Source: Chthoniobacteraceae bacterium (GTDB lineage Bacteria; Verrucomicrobiota; Verrucomicrobiia; Chthoniobacterales; Chthoniobacteraceae). From it: a stretch of DNA of 64,000 bases. Under the pieces are notes generated by a model. It did no database searches. It saw only the letters and a list, made by a program, of their open reading frames with translations, and was not told where the DNA came from. The stretch is from NCBI GenBank assembly GCA_040081625.1, contig JBEBGD010000012.1, positions 26,533 through 90,532 of the forward strand, read 5' to 3'. Made by a program: the position numbers and the translations under genes. Positions 55,626 through 64,000 of this stretch are shown piece after piece (position 1 is the stretch's first letter; every line of letters starts with the position of its first letter).

Positions 55626-55650
55626 GCGAATTCACAAAGTAAGTGCGACA
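55626..55650 (+). repeat. 25-bp direct repeat, copy 2 (GCGAATTCACAAAGTAAGTGCGACA)
   Basis: 23/25 identical to 2742-2766. Confidence 0.8.
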
Positions 55651-55728
55651 GATCGGGCATGTCGGGATGTGGTCGCCTGAACCGGATTGAGGGACGATCT
55701 CGCTAAAAGATAACCTTTTCATCGCGGA

Positions 55729-56001
55729 TTACTCACTCGCGTTCATGTTCAAGAGCACCAACTCCAGCAAATACGCAGCCGCCGGATTCTGCCGGGTCGC
55801 GGCGGAGCGCAACCACTTCATCGCTTCATCGAGATTCTTCGCCAAACTGCGGCCGTCAAAATACGCTGCGCCGAGCCACAGCGCGGCTTTCGCGTCGCCG
55901 TTGTTGGCGGCCTTGCGCCACGCCTTCAAGTTCGCCTCGGGAGTCTGCCCGCGAGCGCGCGCGACGGCTAGCAGGCAGAGCGCCGCGGCGAGGCGGCGGT
56001 T
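55729..56001 (-). pseudogene. Short Sel1-repeat gene, apparently lacking its start codon
   Basis: The frame reads NRRLAAALCLLAVARARGQ (signal-like), then WRKAANNGDAKAALWLGAAYFDG...NLDEAMKWLRSAA (Sel1). No ATG/GTG precedes the signal-like segment. Confidence 0.55.
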
Positions 56002-59000
56002 ATGCCGTGGGGGTGCGGATGATCACGTTGATCGTGCTCGTGAGCCGGTTCACCTGGACGATGTCGAGTGCGTTGTCGCCGTTGAAGTCGCCAGTGGTGA
56101 TGCCGCTGCCGAGGCGCGGGAGGATGAGGCCGGCTGGGAGCGTCGCGAACGAGAAGCGGACGATCGGATGGAACAGGCCGTTGCCCGTGCCGAGCGCAAC
56201 GCGCAGGGACGCGCCGTTGTCCGATCCGAACGCGATGTCGGCGTCGCCGTCGGCGTCGAAGTCGCCGGAGAGCAGCGTCTCCGAGCCGGCGATGGACCGG
56301 TCGAAGAAGGTTTGGATCTGCGGCTGGAAGAGGTCGCCCCCGGCGTTGCCCCGGCCGAGCAGGACGCTCACGAATCGCGTGATCGTGTGGTTCACCGCGA
56401 CGTCGATGATGCCGTCGTTGTTGAAGTCGGCGAGGGCGATGATGCCGGGGTTGCGGCCCAGTTTGTAGCGGGTTGGATCGAGCGTGAAGCCGCCGAGCCC
56501 GTCGCCCTTGAACACCGCGAGGCTGCTGGCCTTCGGCAGCACGAGAGCGAAGTCCAGGTTGCCCAGCGCGTCGCCGTCGAAGTTGCCCACCACGAAGTCC
56601 GAAGCCTGCGTCCTGCCGGCCTTGAAGGCCGTGAACGCGCCGAAGCTGGTGGTGCCCGCGACGCCGCCGCCGGTGTTGAGCAGCACGCTGATTTTTGACG
56701 ATCCCTTGCTCAGCGCTGAGATGTCGAGCAGGCCGTCGTTGTTGAAGTCGGCGAGGCGCATCACGCCGGGGCTTTGCGCGGTCTTGAACGTGACGGCCGT
56801 GCCGAAGTTGCCGGTGCCGTCGTTGAGCAGCACGCCCACGGTTTTCGAACTGAGGTTCGTCACCACGATATCGAGGTCGCTGTCGCCGCCGGCGATGTTG
56901 GCGTTGTCGTCCATGTTCGCGAGCGCGAGCGACACCGGGCGCGAGCCGCCGGTGAGGAAGTTGACGGCTGGGAAGAAGGTGCCGTCGCCGCGCGCGAGCA
57001 GCACGCTCACGCTCTTGAGGCGCGAGTTGGCGGTGACGATGTCGTCGAAGCCGTCGCCATTGAGATCGCCCGTCACGACATCGGTGGGCGTCTTGCCCAC
57101 TTTGTAGCTGGCGGCCGCGGTGAAGGCTTTGCCGTTGTCGAAGCCGCCGCCGCCCGTGGAGTTGATGACCTCGAGCGTCTCGATCTCGTCGTAGGAGAAG
57201 AGCGCGTAGCTCGGCGAGGTGATCGTGCCGGTGTTGGCGTCGAGTTTCGTCACCATCGCGAACTGGCCCAGCGCATCGACGATGAGCCGGTCGCCCGGCG
57301 GCACGGGCGAGCCCGGCACGCCCGGCAGCGCCGAGGGCGTCCGGCCGTCGATGAAGCGCGGGAAGGCGCGCAGGTTCGCGAGGATGGTGTCGTTGAAAAT
57401 GGTGCCGACGAAGTTCTCCATGACCTCGCCGAGGCTGACGATCGCTCCGGTCGCGTTGACGGGTTGATCGTCGTGCAACAGGTCGAGATTGAAGACCACG
57501 CCGGAAAGAACCGCGTCGAAGAAGTCCACGGTGTCGGAGCCTTCGCCGCCGATCAGTTGCACCCGCCCGGCAGCCGAGCCGACGCGGAAGACATCGTCGC
57601 CGGCGAGCCCGACGAGCAGCGCATGCTCGGTCGTCGAGTAGGCGACCGGTGCCACGCCGAGCAGCGTGAGCGTGCCGGACGTCGTGGTGGGTCCGGTGAA
57701 GGTGAAGTCGTCCGCGGCGGGGGTGCCGAAGAGGATCAGCGAGTCATCGCCCGCGCCACCGTCGATCGTGATGTTCGTCAGCCCGAGCGGGGTGAGCGGG
57801 TTGTTGATGCTGATCGTGTCGCTTCCAGCGAGTCCGTTCAGGACGAGGATCGTCTTGTTGGAAAACTCAATCGTCTCGAAGCCATCCACGCTGATCAGTC
57901 CGTTGGCCGCGATATTTCCCGGCCCGTAGTTGATCACGTTCACCGCATTGGTGCCGTTGACCGTCAACGGACCCGCCACGAGATCGAGCACGGGCTCGAG
58001 GCCGGTGAAATTCACCGTCTGCGTGACGCCGCCGATCGCGATCGTGCTCGTGCCCTGTCCCGGATTCGGGCCGGGAGTGTAGATGTCGGAGGTCGCGGTG
58101 CCGCCGGTGAGCGTGAGCGAGTCGCTGCTCGCGCCGCCGTCGAAGCTCACGGGGATCGGGATCGCGCCGTTGGTGCTGTCCACGGTGAGCGCGTCGTTGC
58201 CGTCCAAGCCATCCGCCTTGATCCGCTCGATGCCCGACGTCGCGATCGGCCCGCCGATGAAGTTCGTGTAGGTCGTCGTCAGCCCGTTGACCGTGGCCAG
58301 GAGGAAGCCACTGGCGTCGAGGGCAAGTGAGAGCGCGTCGATGCCGGCGGTGCCGGGGAGGAGGATGGTGTCGCCCACCGATGAACCCGCACCACCACCG
58401 GCGGCATCCGTGCCGCCGTTGCCGAGGAACGTGTCGTCGCCCGTGCCGCCATCGAGGACGTTGTTGATGGCGCTGCCGATGAGCGTGTCGTTGCCGTCGT
58501 TGCCGTTGATGGTGGCTGCGTCGCCGGAGAGCACGTCGTCGCCGGTGCCGCCGCTGATCGTCACGCCCACGATCGCCGCCACGCCGGAAACGACGTTGAT
58601 CGAGTCGCTGCCGTCGTTGCCGTTGATCGTGAGTCCATCCGTCGCCTCGGCGTTGGTGAGGTTGACGTTGTAACGCAATCCCGCGACCCGCACCGCGCCG
58701 GCGGCCGGAGTGGAAACCACGAGGCTGTCGTTCGCGGGGCGGGCGTTGATCGTCACGAAGTCCAAGGCACCGCCGTCGCTCGCGCTCAGGTTGAGGTTGA
58801 GGGACACGACCTCGGTGGCGAACAAATCGTCCACGGTGAAGGTGTCCGCGCCACCCTGACCATCGACGATCACATCCTCGATGCCGTGATTGTCGATATT
58901 CACCGCGCCGATCAGCGCGTTGAAGTGAGTGGGTGTGCCACCGGAACGCAGTGTGAAAACGTTCGCACCCGCGTTGCCGAAGAAGCGGAAAATATCCGCG

Positions 59001-61819
59001 CCATCTTCGCCGCCATTGTTGAAGTCGGCGCCGTCGCCCGGTTCCCACACGAAGTTATCGAAGCCCGGCCCGCCGAAGTTGAAGTCGTTGCCGGCATCAT
59101 CGGCCACGCCGTCGGGCGTGAGCGTCGGGTTGCCGAAGATGTCGTTCCCGTCTTCGCCATACTGGCTATCGACGCCGGCCCCGCCGACGAGCACGTCGTT
59201 TCCAGCCCCGCCGTAGAGGGTGTCCGCCTGCGGACTGCCGATGATCGTATCATTGCCATCGCCGCCCCGGACGATCGCCACCGTCGGAGCCGGCAACGTC
59301 GAGAGGTTGATGCTGTCGTCGCCAGCCAGCGTGCTGATGTCCAGCAACTCCACGCTGGTTCCCAGCGTCACAATCACAAGGCTATTCGGGGTGCTCACCG
59401 AGACAGCAGTCGCTGCCGTCGTCACGTTATCCGTCCCGTCGGAACCAAATACGTTCACGGCATCGAACCCGCCGTTGCCATTGAAGGTGATTCTTCCCGC
59501 CTCGAAGAAGTCGAAATCCGGGGTGAGAAACCCACGCAGGTTGCCCTCGAATGCGAGTCCAGCGTCAACGGTCAGCGTCTCGCCGACCACCGTGCCCTCG
59601 ATGGTAATCGTGTTCAGGCCCGCGGCGTCCCCGCCAAAAAACTTCACGTTCTCGATCGCGTTGAAGGTGATGGGCGCGGCCAGGCCGGTAAGGGAGCCGG
59701 ACCTAAACGACGCAGGCGTGAAGGTCACCGTATCCGTCATGGAGGTGCCAGTGATGATCAAGCTATCGCCGTCCGTCGGGTCGCCTCCATTGACCGTGAT
59801 GCTGGTCAGCCCGGTCGGCGCGTTCGGGTTGTTGAGGCTGATCGTGTCGCTGCCACCCGCCGCGTTGATCACGAGGTTTGTCTTGTTGCTAAACTCGATC
59901 GTCTCGAATTCATCGACCGCCACGAGCCCGTTCGTCGCCGCCGTGCCTTGCGTGTAGCTGATCTGGTTCGCCGCGCTCGTGCCATTCACCGTGAGCAGGG
60001 CCGCCGGCACCAGGTCCACCACGGGCGCGAGATTTTGCGCGAAGATCGACTGCGTCCCGCCCGGGCCGACGATCACGCTGCGCACGTCGCCCGCATTCGG
60101 CCCGACGCTGAAGGTGTGGCTGGTCTGCGCCGCGCCGCCGGTCTGCGTGAGCGTGAGGCTGTTGAACCCGGCGCCGCCGTCGTAGTCGATGCCGTTGGCG
60201 AACGTGAGGAGGCCGCCGGTGCTGTCCACGGTCAGCGTGTCGTTGGCGCTCCCGGTGGCGATCGAGAGGCGGCCCACGTTTTGGAGGATCAGCGGAATCA
60301 GTCCGGTGCCGTCATTGACGGCCCCTGCGACCTGTGGGTTCACGCCATTGAGCGAAAGGACCAGCGCATCGGCGCCCGCGAGCGGCGTGACGTAGCTGAC
60401 CGTATCGATGGTCTGGAGCGTGATCGACCCGGCCGTCTCGAAGTTCTCAAACGAGATCGTGGTGCCGCCAAGGCTGAGCGTGCCGCCGAACGTATCGACC
60501 AGATTGCCCGTGACCCGGTCCACGCCGTCGGGGGAATTGGATCCCGGCGTGTAGAGCGCGTTCGCCGCGCCATTGCCGTTCAGGAAGATCGAATCATTTC
60601 CGAGCATCCCGTCGATCTGGATGTTCACGCCGAGATCGCCATCGAGGACGATCCGGTCGTTCGAGCCGCCAGCGTAGATGAGGATCGAATTGGTCAGCGG
60701 AAAGCTATAGCTGTAAGTCGTCCCGCCCACGCCCGGCACGGTGATCGGCTGGGAATAGGCCGCATCGCCAAACGCCTGGACGCTCACATTCGCGAAGGTC
60801 CCGCTCTTGGTGATCGTGATGATGTCGTGCGCCCCGGTGCCGGAGACGAACGAGAAGTCCGGGTTCGCGCCGACGTTCGCGTCCAGCCGCATCTGGTCGA
60901 AAAGCGTGACCTGGCCGTTGCGCGCAGCGAGGTCGTTGTAGTTCAGCGGATCCGCCCCACTCGTCGGCGTATTCCCGTCGCCGCGGATCATCGGATAGCG
61001 GGTGAACGCGATCGAGGACGTGTTCGAGTTCGTATTATCATATGACATGATCTCCGCCTGGTGAAACAGCGAGATCGCCGGGGTGGCCGTGGGATTGGTG
61101 ATCGAGTGCCGCAGACCGAGATTGTGACCCGCCTCGTGCGAGATGTTGTTGACCGTGTTGTTGGAGAAGCCGCCGTTGCTGAAGACCACCGCCACGTCGT
61201 CGTGCGCGTTCGATGCCGCCGCCAAATCCGATGAGACGCCCAGGGTCGGGCTGCTCGGCGAGTTGCCGCCGCCGTTGTTACCATAGATCACTTGGTTCGG
61301 AGATCCGGGCGCGACGACGAAGGTCGCCACAAAAACGTAAGCGTCCTTCGAAGCCGGGTCGCCCGCGCGAAGCGTCGCAGTGACGTCCGCCATCGACGTG
61401 GCCGCCCGCACCGTTCGCCCGTCGGACGTCGTCTTTGCATTCGCGGTCAGCTCCACGATCTCCACGTCGAGCGGCAGGTAGGCGCGCGTGACGATGTCGA
61501 GCATCTGCGCCCGCTCGTCCGCCGTGAACGACTGCGCGACGACATTCAGCGGCGTCGCGGCGTTGAACGCGACCGCGCTGTCGAGCGTCGTGCCTAGGAT
61601 CTTGTCGCCCGGCACGGCGCTATCGGCGACGTCGCGGAACCCGCCCTGGGTCGTGGCGAGAGTGCCGCCCGGGAAAAGATCCCCGTAGTCGATGAAGAGA
61701 ATCGCCGCCGGCGCGATGCGTCCTTCGAGCGCTTCCACGCAGGTGTTCGGCCTTTTCAAGAACCGCGTCTGGTGACCGCGGGCGACGTTACTTTTGCAGG
61801 GATGGATTGGAGTGTGCAT
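56000..61819 (-). CDS. Large extracellular protein: LEPR-XLL-like leader, metzincin zinc protease motif, RTX-type Ca-binding repeats, C-terminal FG-GAP/VCBS repeats (1939 aa)
   Basis: VEALEGRIAPA; HEAGHNLGLRH (61106-61138) with Met-turn IMSY; GGDGND/GGAGND nonapeptides; GDLNGDGFDDIV, ADFNNDG, GDFNGD repeats. Confidence 0.85.
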   Translation of the reverse strand: MHTPIHPCKSNVARGHQTRFLKRPNTCVEALEGRIAPAAILFIDYGDLFPGGTLATTQGGFRDVADSAVPGDKILGTTLDSAVAFNAATPLNVVAQSFTADERAQMLDIVTRAYLPLDVEIVELTANAKTTSDGRTVRAATSMADVTATLRAGDPASKDAYVFVATFVVAPGSPNQVIYGNNGGGNSPSSPTLGVSSDLAAASNAHDDVAVVFSNGGFSNNTVNNISHEAGHNLGLRHSITNPTATPAISLFHQAEIMSYDNTNSNTSSIAFTRYPMIRGDGNTPTSGADPLNYNDLAARNGQVTLFDQMRLDANVGANPDFSFVSGTGAHDIITITKSGTFANVSVQAFGDAAYSQPITVPGVGGTTYSYSFPLTNSILIYAGGSNDRIVLDGDLGVNIQIDGMLGNDSIFLNGNGAANALYTPGSNSPDGVDRVTGNLVDTFGGTLSLGGTTISFENFETAGSITLQTIDTVSYVTPLAGADALVLSLNGVNPQVAGAVNDGTGLIPLILQNVGRLSIATGSANDTLTVDSTGGLLTFANGIDYDGGAGFNSLTLTQTGGAAQTSHTFSVGPNAGDVRSVIVGPGGTQSIFAQNLAPVVDLVPAALLTVNGTSAANQISYTQGTAATNGLVAVDEFETIEFSNKTNLVINAAGGSDTISLNNPNAPTGLTSITVNGGDPTDGDSLIITGTSMTDTVTFTPASFRSGSLTGLAAPITFNAIENVKFFGGDAAGLNTITIEGTVVGETLTVDAGLAFEGNLRGFLTPDFDFFEAGRITFNGNGGFDAVNVFGSDGTDNVTTAATAVSVSTPNSLVIVTLGTSVELLDISTLAGDDSINLSTLPAPTVAIVRGGDGNDTIIGSPQADTLYGGAGNDVLVGGAGVDSQYGEDGNDIFGNPTLTPDGVADDAGNDFNFGGPGFDNFVWEPGDGADFNNGGEDGADIFRFFGNAGANVFTLRSGGTPTHFNALIGAVNIDNHGIEDVIVDGQGGADTFTVDDLFATEVVSLNLNLSASDGGALDFVTINARPANDSLVVSTPAAGAVRVAGLRYNVNLTNAEATDGLTINGNDGSDSINVVSGVAAIVGVTISGGTGDDVLSGDAATINGNDGNDTLIGSAINNVLDGGTGDDTFLGNGGTDAAGGGAGSSVGDTILLPGTAGIDALSLALDASGFLLATVNGLTTTYTNFIGGPIATSGIERIKADGLDGNDALTVDSTNGAIPIPVSFDGGASSDSLTLTGGTATSDIYTPGPNPGQGTSTIAIGGVTQTVNFTGLEPVLDLVAGPLTVNGTNAVNVINYGPGNIAANGLISVDGFETIEFSNKTILVLNGLAGSDTISINNPLTPLGLTNITIDGGAGDDSLILFGTPAADDFTFTGPTTTSGTLTLLGVAPVAYSTTEHALLVGLAGDDVFRVGSAAGRVQLIGGEGSDTVDFFDAVLSGVVFNLDLLHDDQPVNATGAIVSLGEVMENFVGTIFNDTILANLRAFPRFIDGRTPSALPGVPGSPVPPGDRLIVDALGQFAMVTKLDANTGTITSPSYALFSYDEIETLEVINSTGGGGFDNGKAFTAAASYKVGKTPTDVVTGDLNGDGFDDIVTANSRLKSVSVLLARGDGTFFPAVNFLTGGSRPVSLALANMDDNANIAGGDSDLDIVVTNLSSKTVGVLLNDGTGNFGTAVTFKTAQSPGVMRLADFNNDGLLDISALSKGSSKISVLLNTGGGVAGTTSFGAFTAFKAGRTQASDFVVGNFDGDALGNLDFALVLPKASSLAVFKGDGLGGFTLDPTRYKLGRNPGIIALADFNNDGIIDVAVNHTITRFVSVLLGRGNAGGDLFQPQIQTFFDRSIAGSETLLSGDFDADGDADIAFGSDNGASLRVALGTGNGLFHPIVRFSFATLPAGLILPRLGSGITTGDFNGDNALDIVQVNRLTSTINVIIRTPTA

Positions 61820-61932
61820 GGGCGTATTTTTTTAAGGCGGTAAACTTAAGGACGAATGCGTGACGGGTTGCACGCCGGCAGGCCAGACATTTCTTGTGCG
61901 AAGAATCTCTTTCGTTGTCGTGCGCGTTCCGC

Positions 61933-62628
61933 CTACACGGTGGGCGTGCGGATCGCGACGTTGATGGCGCTCTTGAGGCGGTTGCCCACCGCGATGTCGA
62001 GCGCGCCGTCGCCGTTGAAGTCACCCACGGCGATTGCGATCGAGAGGCGCGGCGCGATGGTGCCGTTCGGGCACCGTGGCGAGCGCGAAGCGCACGAGCG
62101 GTTGGAACAGGCCGCGAAGCTCTGCGCGTCGGCGAAGACCACATCGTTGAGCGCGGTGCCGGTGAAGTATTCCGCGATGTCGCCGAGCACGAGCGCCGCG
62201 CCGCCGGCGTTGAGGAATTGCGTCGCGCCGACCGCATCGAGATCGAGGCTCACGCCGAGCGTCGAGGCCGAGTAGTCGAGCGTGTCACTGCCGTCGCCGC
62301 CGGTGATTTTCAACTTCCCGGTGAAGGCACCGACGTTGAAGAGATTCGCGCTCGTGCCGCCCGTGAGTTCGACGCCCTCGAACCCGAGAAGTGCCTCAAG
62401 GCCGTCGGTGCTGATGGTCAGCGCGGTGTTCGTGAGCGTGAAATCCGCGTCGCGCAATTCGCGCAGCGTGTCGGTGCCGGTGCCGCCGTCGAACTCGTCC
62501 ACTCCCGCGCCACCGCTGAGCACGTCGTTGCCGGTGAAGCCGTTCATCGTGTCGATGCCGTCGCCACCGTCGAGCAAGTCGTCGCCGTCGCCGCCTTCGA
62601 TGCGGTCGTTGCCGCCGGCGGCGGCGAG
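61933..62628 (-). pseudogene. Truncated, internally deleted paralog of the adjacent RTX/FG-GAP gene
   Basis: Starts abruptly in RTX repeats with no leader. Aligns to the neighbour up to ADAQSF, then jumps to the final FG-GAP repeat. Ends IRTPTV versus IRTPTA in the neighbour. Confidence 0.75.
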
Positions 62629-62692
62629 CGAGGGGGCGGCGCATGCGGAAGATGCCGCGGAGCATTTTTGGAAAGGCGAAGCCGAACCGGCG

Positions 62693-63802
62693 GTGCGGGA
62701 CGTCGTGGCAGACGGAGTCGGCGATCCATCCGCCGGTCTGGCGGACGCGGCGCTGGTGGCAAACCTCTCGGAGATTCGCAGGCAGTCGATCACGATCTTT
62801 GACTACTTGGAGCGATTCCAGATCGGCTACGAAACGTCGAACCGCGTGGACAACATCCTCATCTTCGGGGAGGGCGATGACCTCCTAGGCCCCTCCTTCG
62901 CAGAGTCCGTCGCTGCCGAGCCGCTGCCGCTCGACGCAGACGATCTCTGCGAAGTCAGCCTGGACGTGAACCGGCTGGCACCCGCGCTCGCCACGGCGCT
63001 GGCATTCGTATCCGCAGCGGAGGCTGTTCCCGCAGCTCGCGACCTTCATCAGCTAGGCATCGCGCAACCGACAAAGGGACGCGCGCTGCCGGTGTTCATC
63101 TATGTCCCGCGCGGTCTGCCCACCGACCGGGCGCACTTTCTTCGCCTGCAGTCCGACTTGCCTGCGAGCGTGCTCTACGTGCCGACATCGCGATGGCAGA
63201 CGCCGGACGCATTCAAGCTGGCAGCCAACCGCGGCATCGCCATCGAATCGCTCGGTGATCGGCTGGCCGAGACGCTGCCAGTGCCAGCGACGCTTTCGGC
63301 TCCCGACGAACCGGCCTCGTCCGCGAAGCGCACAAGACTCCGCGCGCACCTGCGCGTCCAAACCGGCTGGAGGTGGGAGGATGTTCGCATCCGTCTGACT
63401 ATCCGCGCGACGATGATCACATCACACGGCACGGAGCGCGGCGAGCATAGCTTCGCGTCCGTGGAAAAGGGCGAAACCATCCGCCGCTTTCCGCGGCTGT
63501 TTCAAATGCTCATCGAGATCAGCTTCGCCGGCCACTGGCAAAACCCGGCGCCTCACACGCGAGACTATGAGAAGGGGAGCAAGTCTTTCCAGCGGCTCCG
63601 CCAGACGATCGAGAAGCTCATTCCTATCCCGTCCGAGGCATTCACCCGCGACGGCAATCGCTGGCGCCCTCGCTTCCAGATCCACCTCGACGAAGAGATG
63701 GAAGCTGTTGCCCGCCGCCACTACTCGACGACCAATCCGAATGCCATGACGACGAGGAAGACACCGACTGATCGACCCGCCCCGATCAGCAAAACCAAGT
63801 GA
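62693..63802 (+). CDS. Hypothetical protein with uncertain start; possible C-terminal winged-helix DNA-binding region; probable mobile-element cargo
   Basis: Protein-like composition from about 62760 on. C-terminal SKSFQRLRQTIEKLIP..F...NRWRPRF resembles a winged-helix end. The upstream part of the listed 506-aa ORF is antisense to the RTX remnant. Confidence 0.5.
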   Translation: MRDVVADGVGDPSAGLADAALVANLSEIRRQSITIFDYLERFQIGYETSNRVDNILIFGEGDDLLGPSFAESVAAEPLPLDADDLCEVSLDVNRLAPALATALAFVSAAEAVPAARDLHQLGIAQPTKGRALPVFIYVPRGLPTDRAHFLRLQSDLPASVLYVPTSRWQTPDAFKLAANRGIAIESLGDRLAETLPVPATLSAPDEPASSAKRTRLRAHLRVQTGWRWEDVRIRLTIRATMITSHGTERGEHSFASVEKGETIRRFPRLFQMLIEISFAGHWQNPAPHTRDYEKGSKSFQRLRQTIEKLIPIPSEAFTRDGNRWRPRFQIHLDEEMEAVARRHYSTTNPNAMTTRKTPTDRPAPISKTK

Positions 63803-63822
63803 CTGTTAAGTGACCAAAGTTT

Positions 63823-63867
63823 CGCAGTTTCTCACAGATTTCCACAGGTCAGCACAGGTTCCCACAG
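63823..63867 (+). repeat. Five C(A/G)CAG motifs at exact 10-bp spacing
   Basis: CGCAG at 63823 and CACAG at 63833, 63843, 63853 and 63863, in an AT-richer intergenic stretch. Confidence 0.7.
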
Positions 63868-63952
63868 AGTAGCGAAATGCCTACAGAGGCATTTCACTCA
63901 ACGCATAGATGGCATGAGAGGGCGCGGGTGAGCTGATTGGCTTGCCGGCTCT

Positions 63953-64000
63953 ATGACTAAATACATCATTCATCAGGAAGGGGCGATCGCAGACGCGATC
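63953..64000 (+). CDS. Possible start of an ORF running off the window (MTKYIIHQEGAIADAI)
   Basis: ATG with an open frame to the edge; too short to identify. Confidence 0.25.
   Translation, partial: MTKYIIHQEGAIADAI

Noticed and set aside
1..64000. CRISPR array, tRNA, rRNA, riboswitch, integrase, transposase, reverse transcriptase
   Set aside because: None recognised by eye. The repeats seen are coding-domain repeats or short motifs; covariance searches were not possible.

Overview
High-GC window, most likely from a Verrucomicrobiota (Chthoniobacter/Spartobacteria-like) genome. This is inferred from the Verru_Chthon pilin-like cassette, a PEP-CTERM protein and the secreted-protein architectures. 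The central ~53 kb (about 2.8-55.6 kb) encodes large secreted glycan-active or redox proteins: GH39, an alginate-lyase-family/LamG protein, two PQQ-type sugar dehydrogenase-cytochrome c fusions, a PL1-like lyase and GH79. It also holds a ~3,700-aa PEP-CTERM passenger-repeat protein, a flavin-dependent halogenase, two sensor kinases with closely similar transmitter domains, one NarL-type regulator, a toxin-antitoxin pair with an interrupted toxin, and an atypical Verru_Chthon cassette (B-C-A-small ORF-A, no D gene). A 7-4-7 palindrome (TTGGCCC-N4-GGGCCAA-like) lies upstream of five transcription units. Four secreted enzymes share a C-terminal YQLQ..L..W..G.G..F(F/Y)R tail. A 25-bp direct repeat brackets the block. 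Together these suggest a co-regulated glycan-sensing, secretion and degradation system without SusC/D; this is inference. The right end holds a metzincin/RTX/FG-GAP protein, decayed genes and the probable edge of a mobile element. All family calls come from motif recognition by eye; no database search was run.
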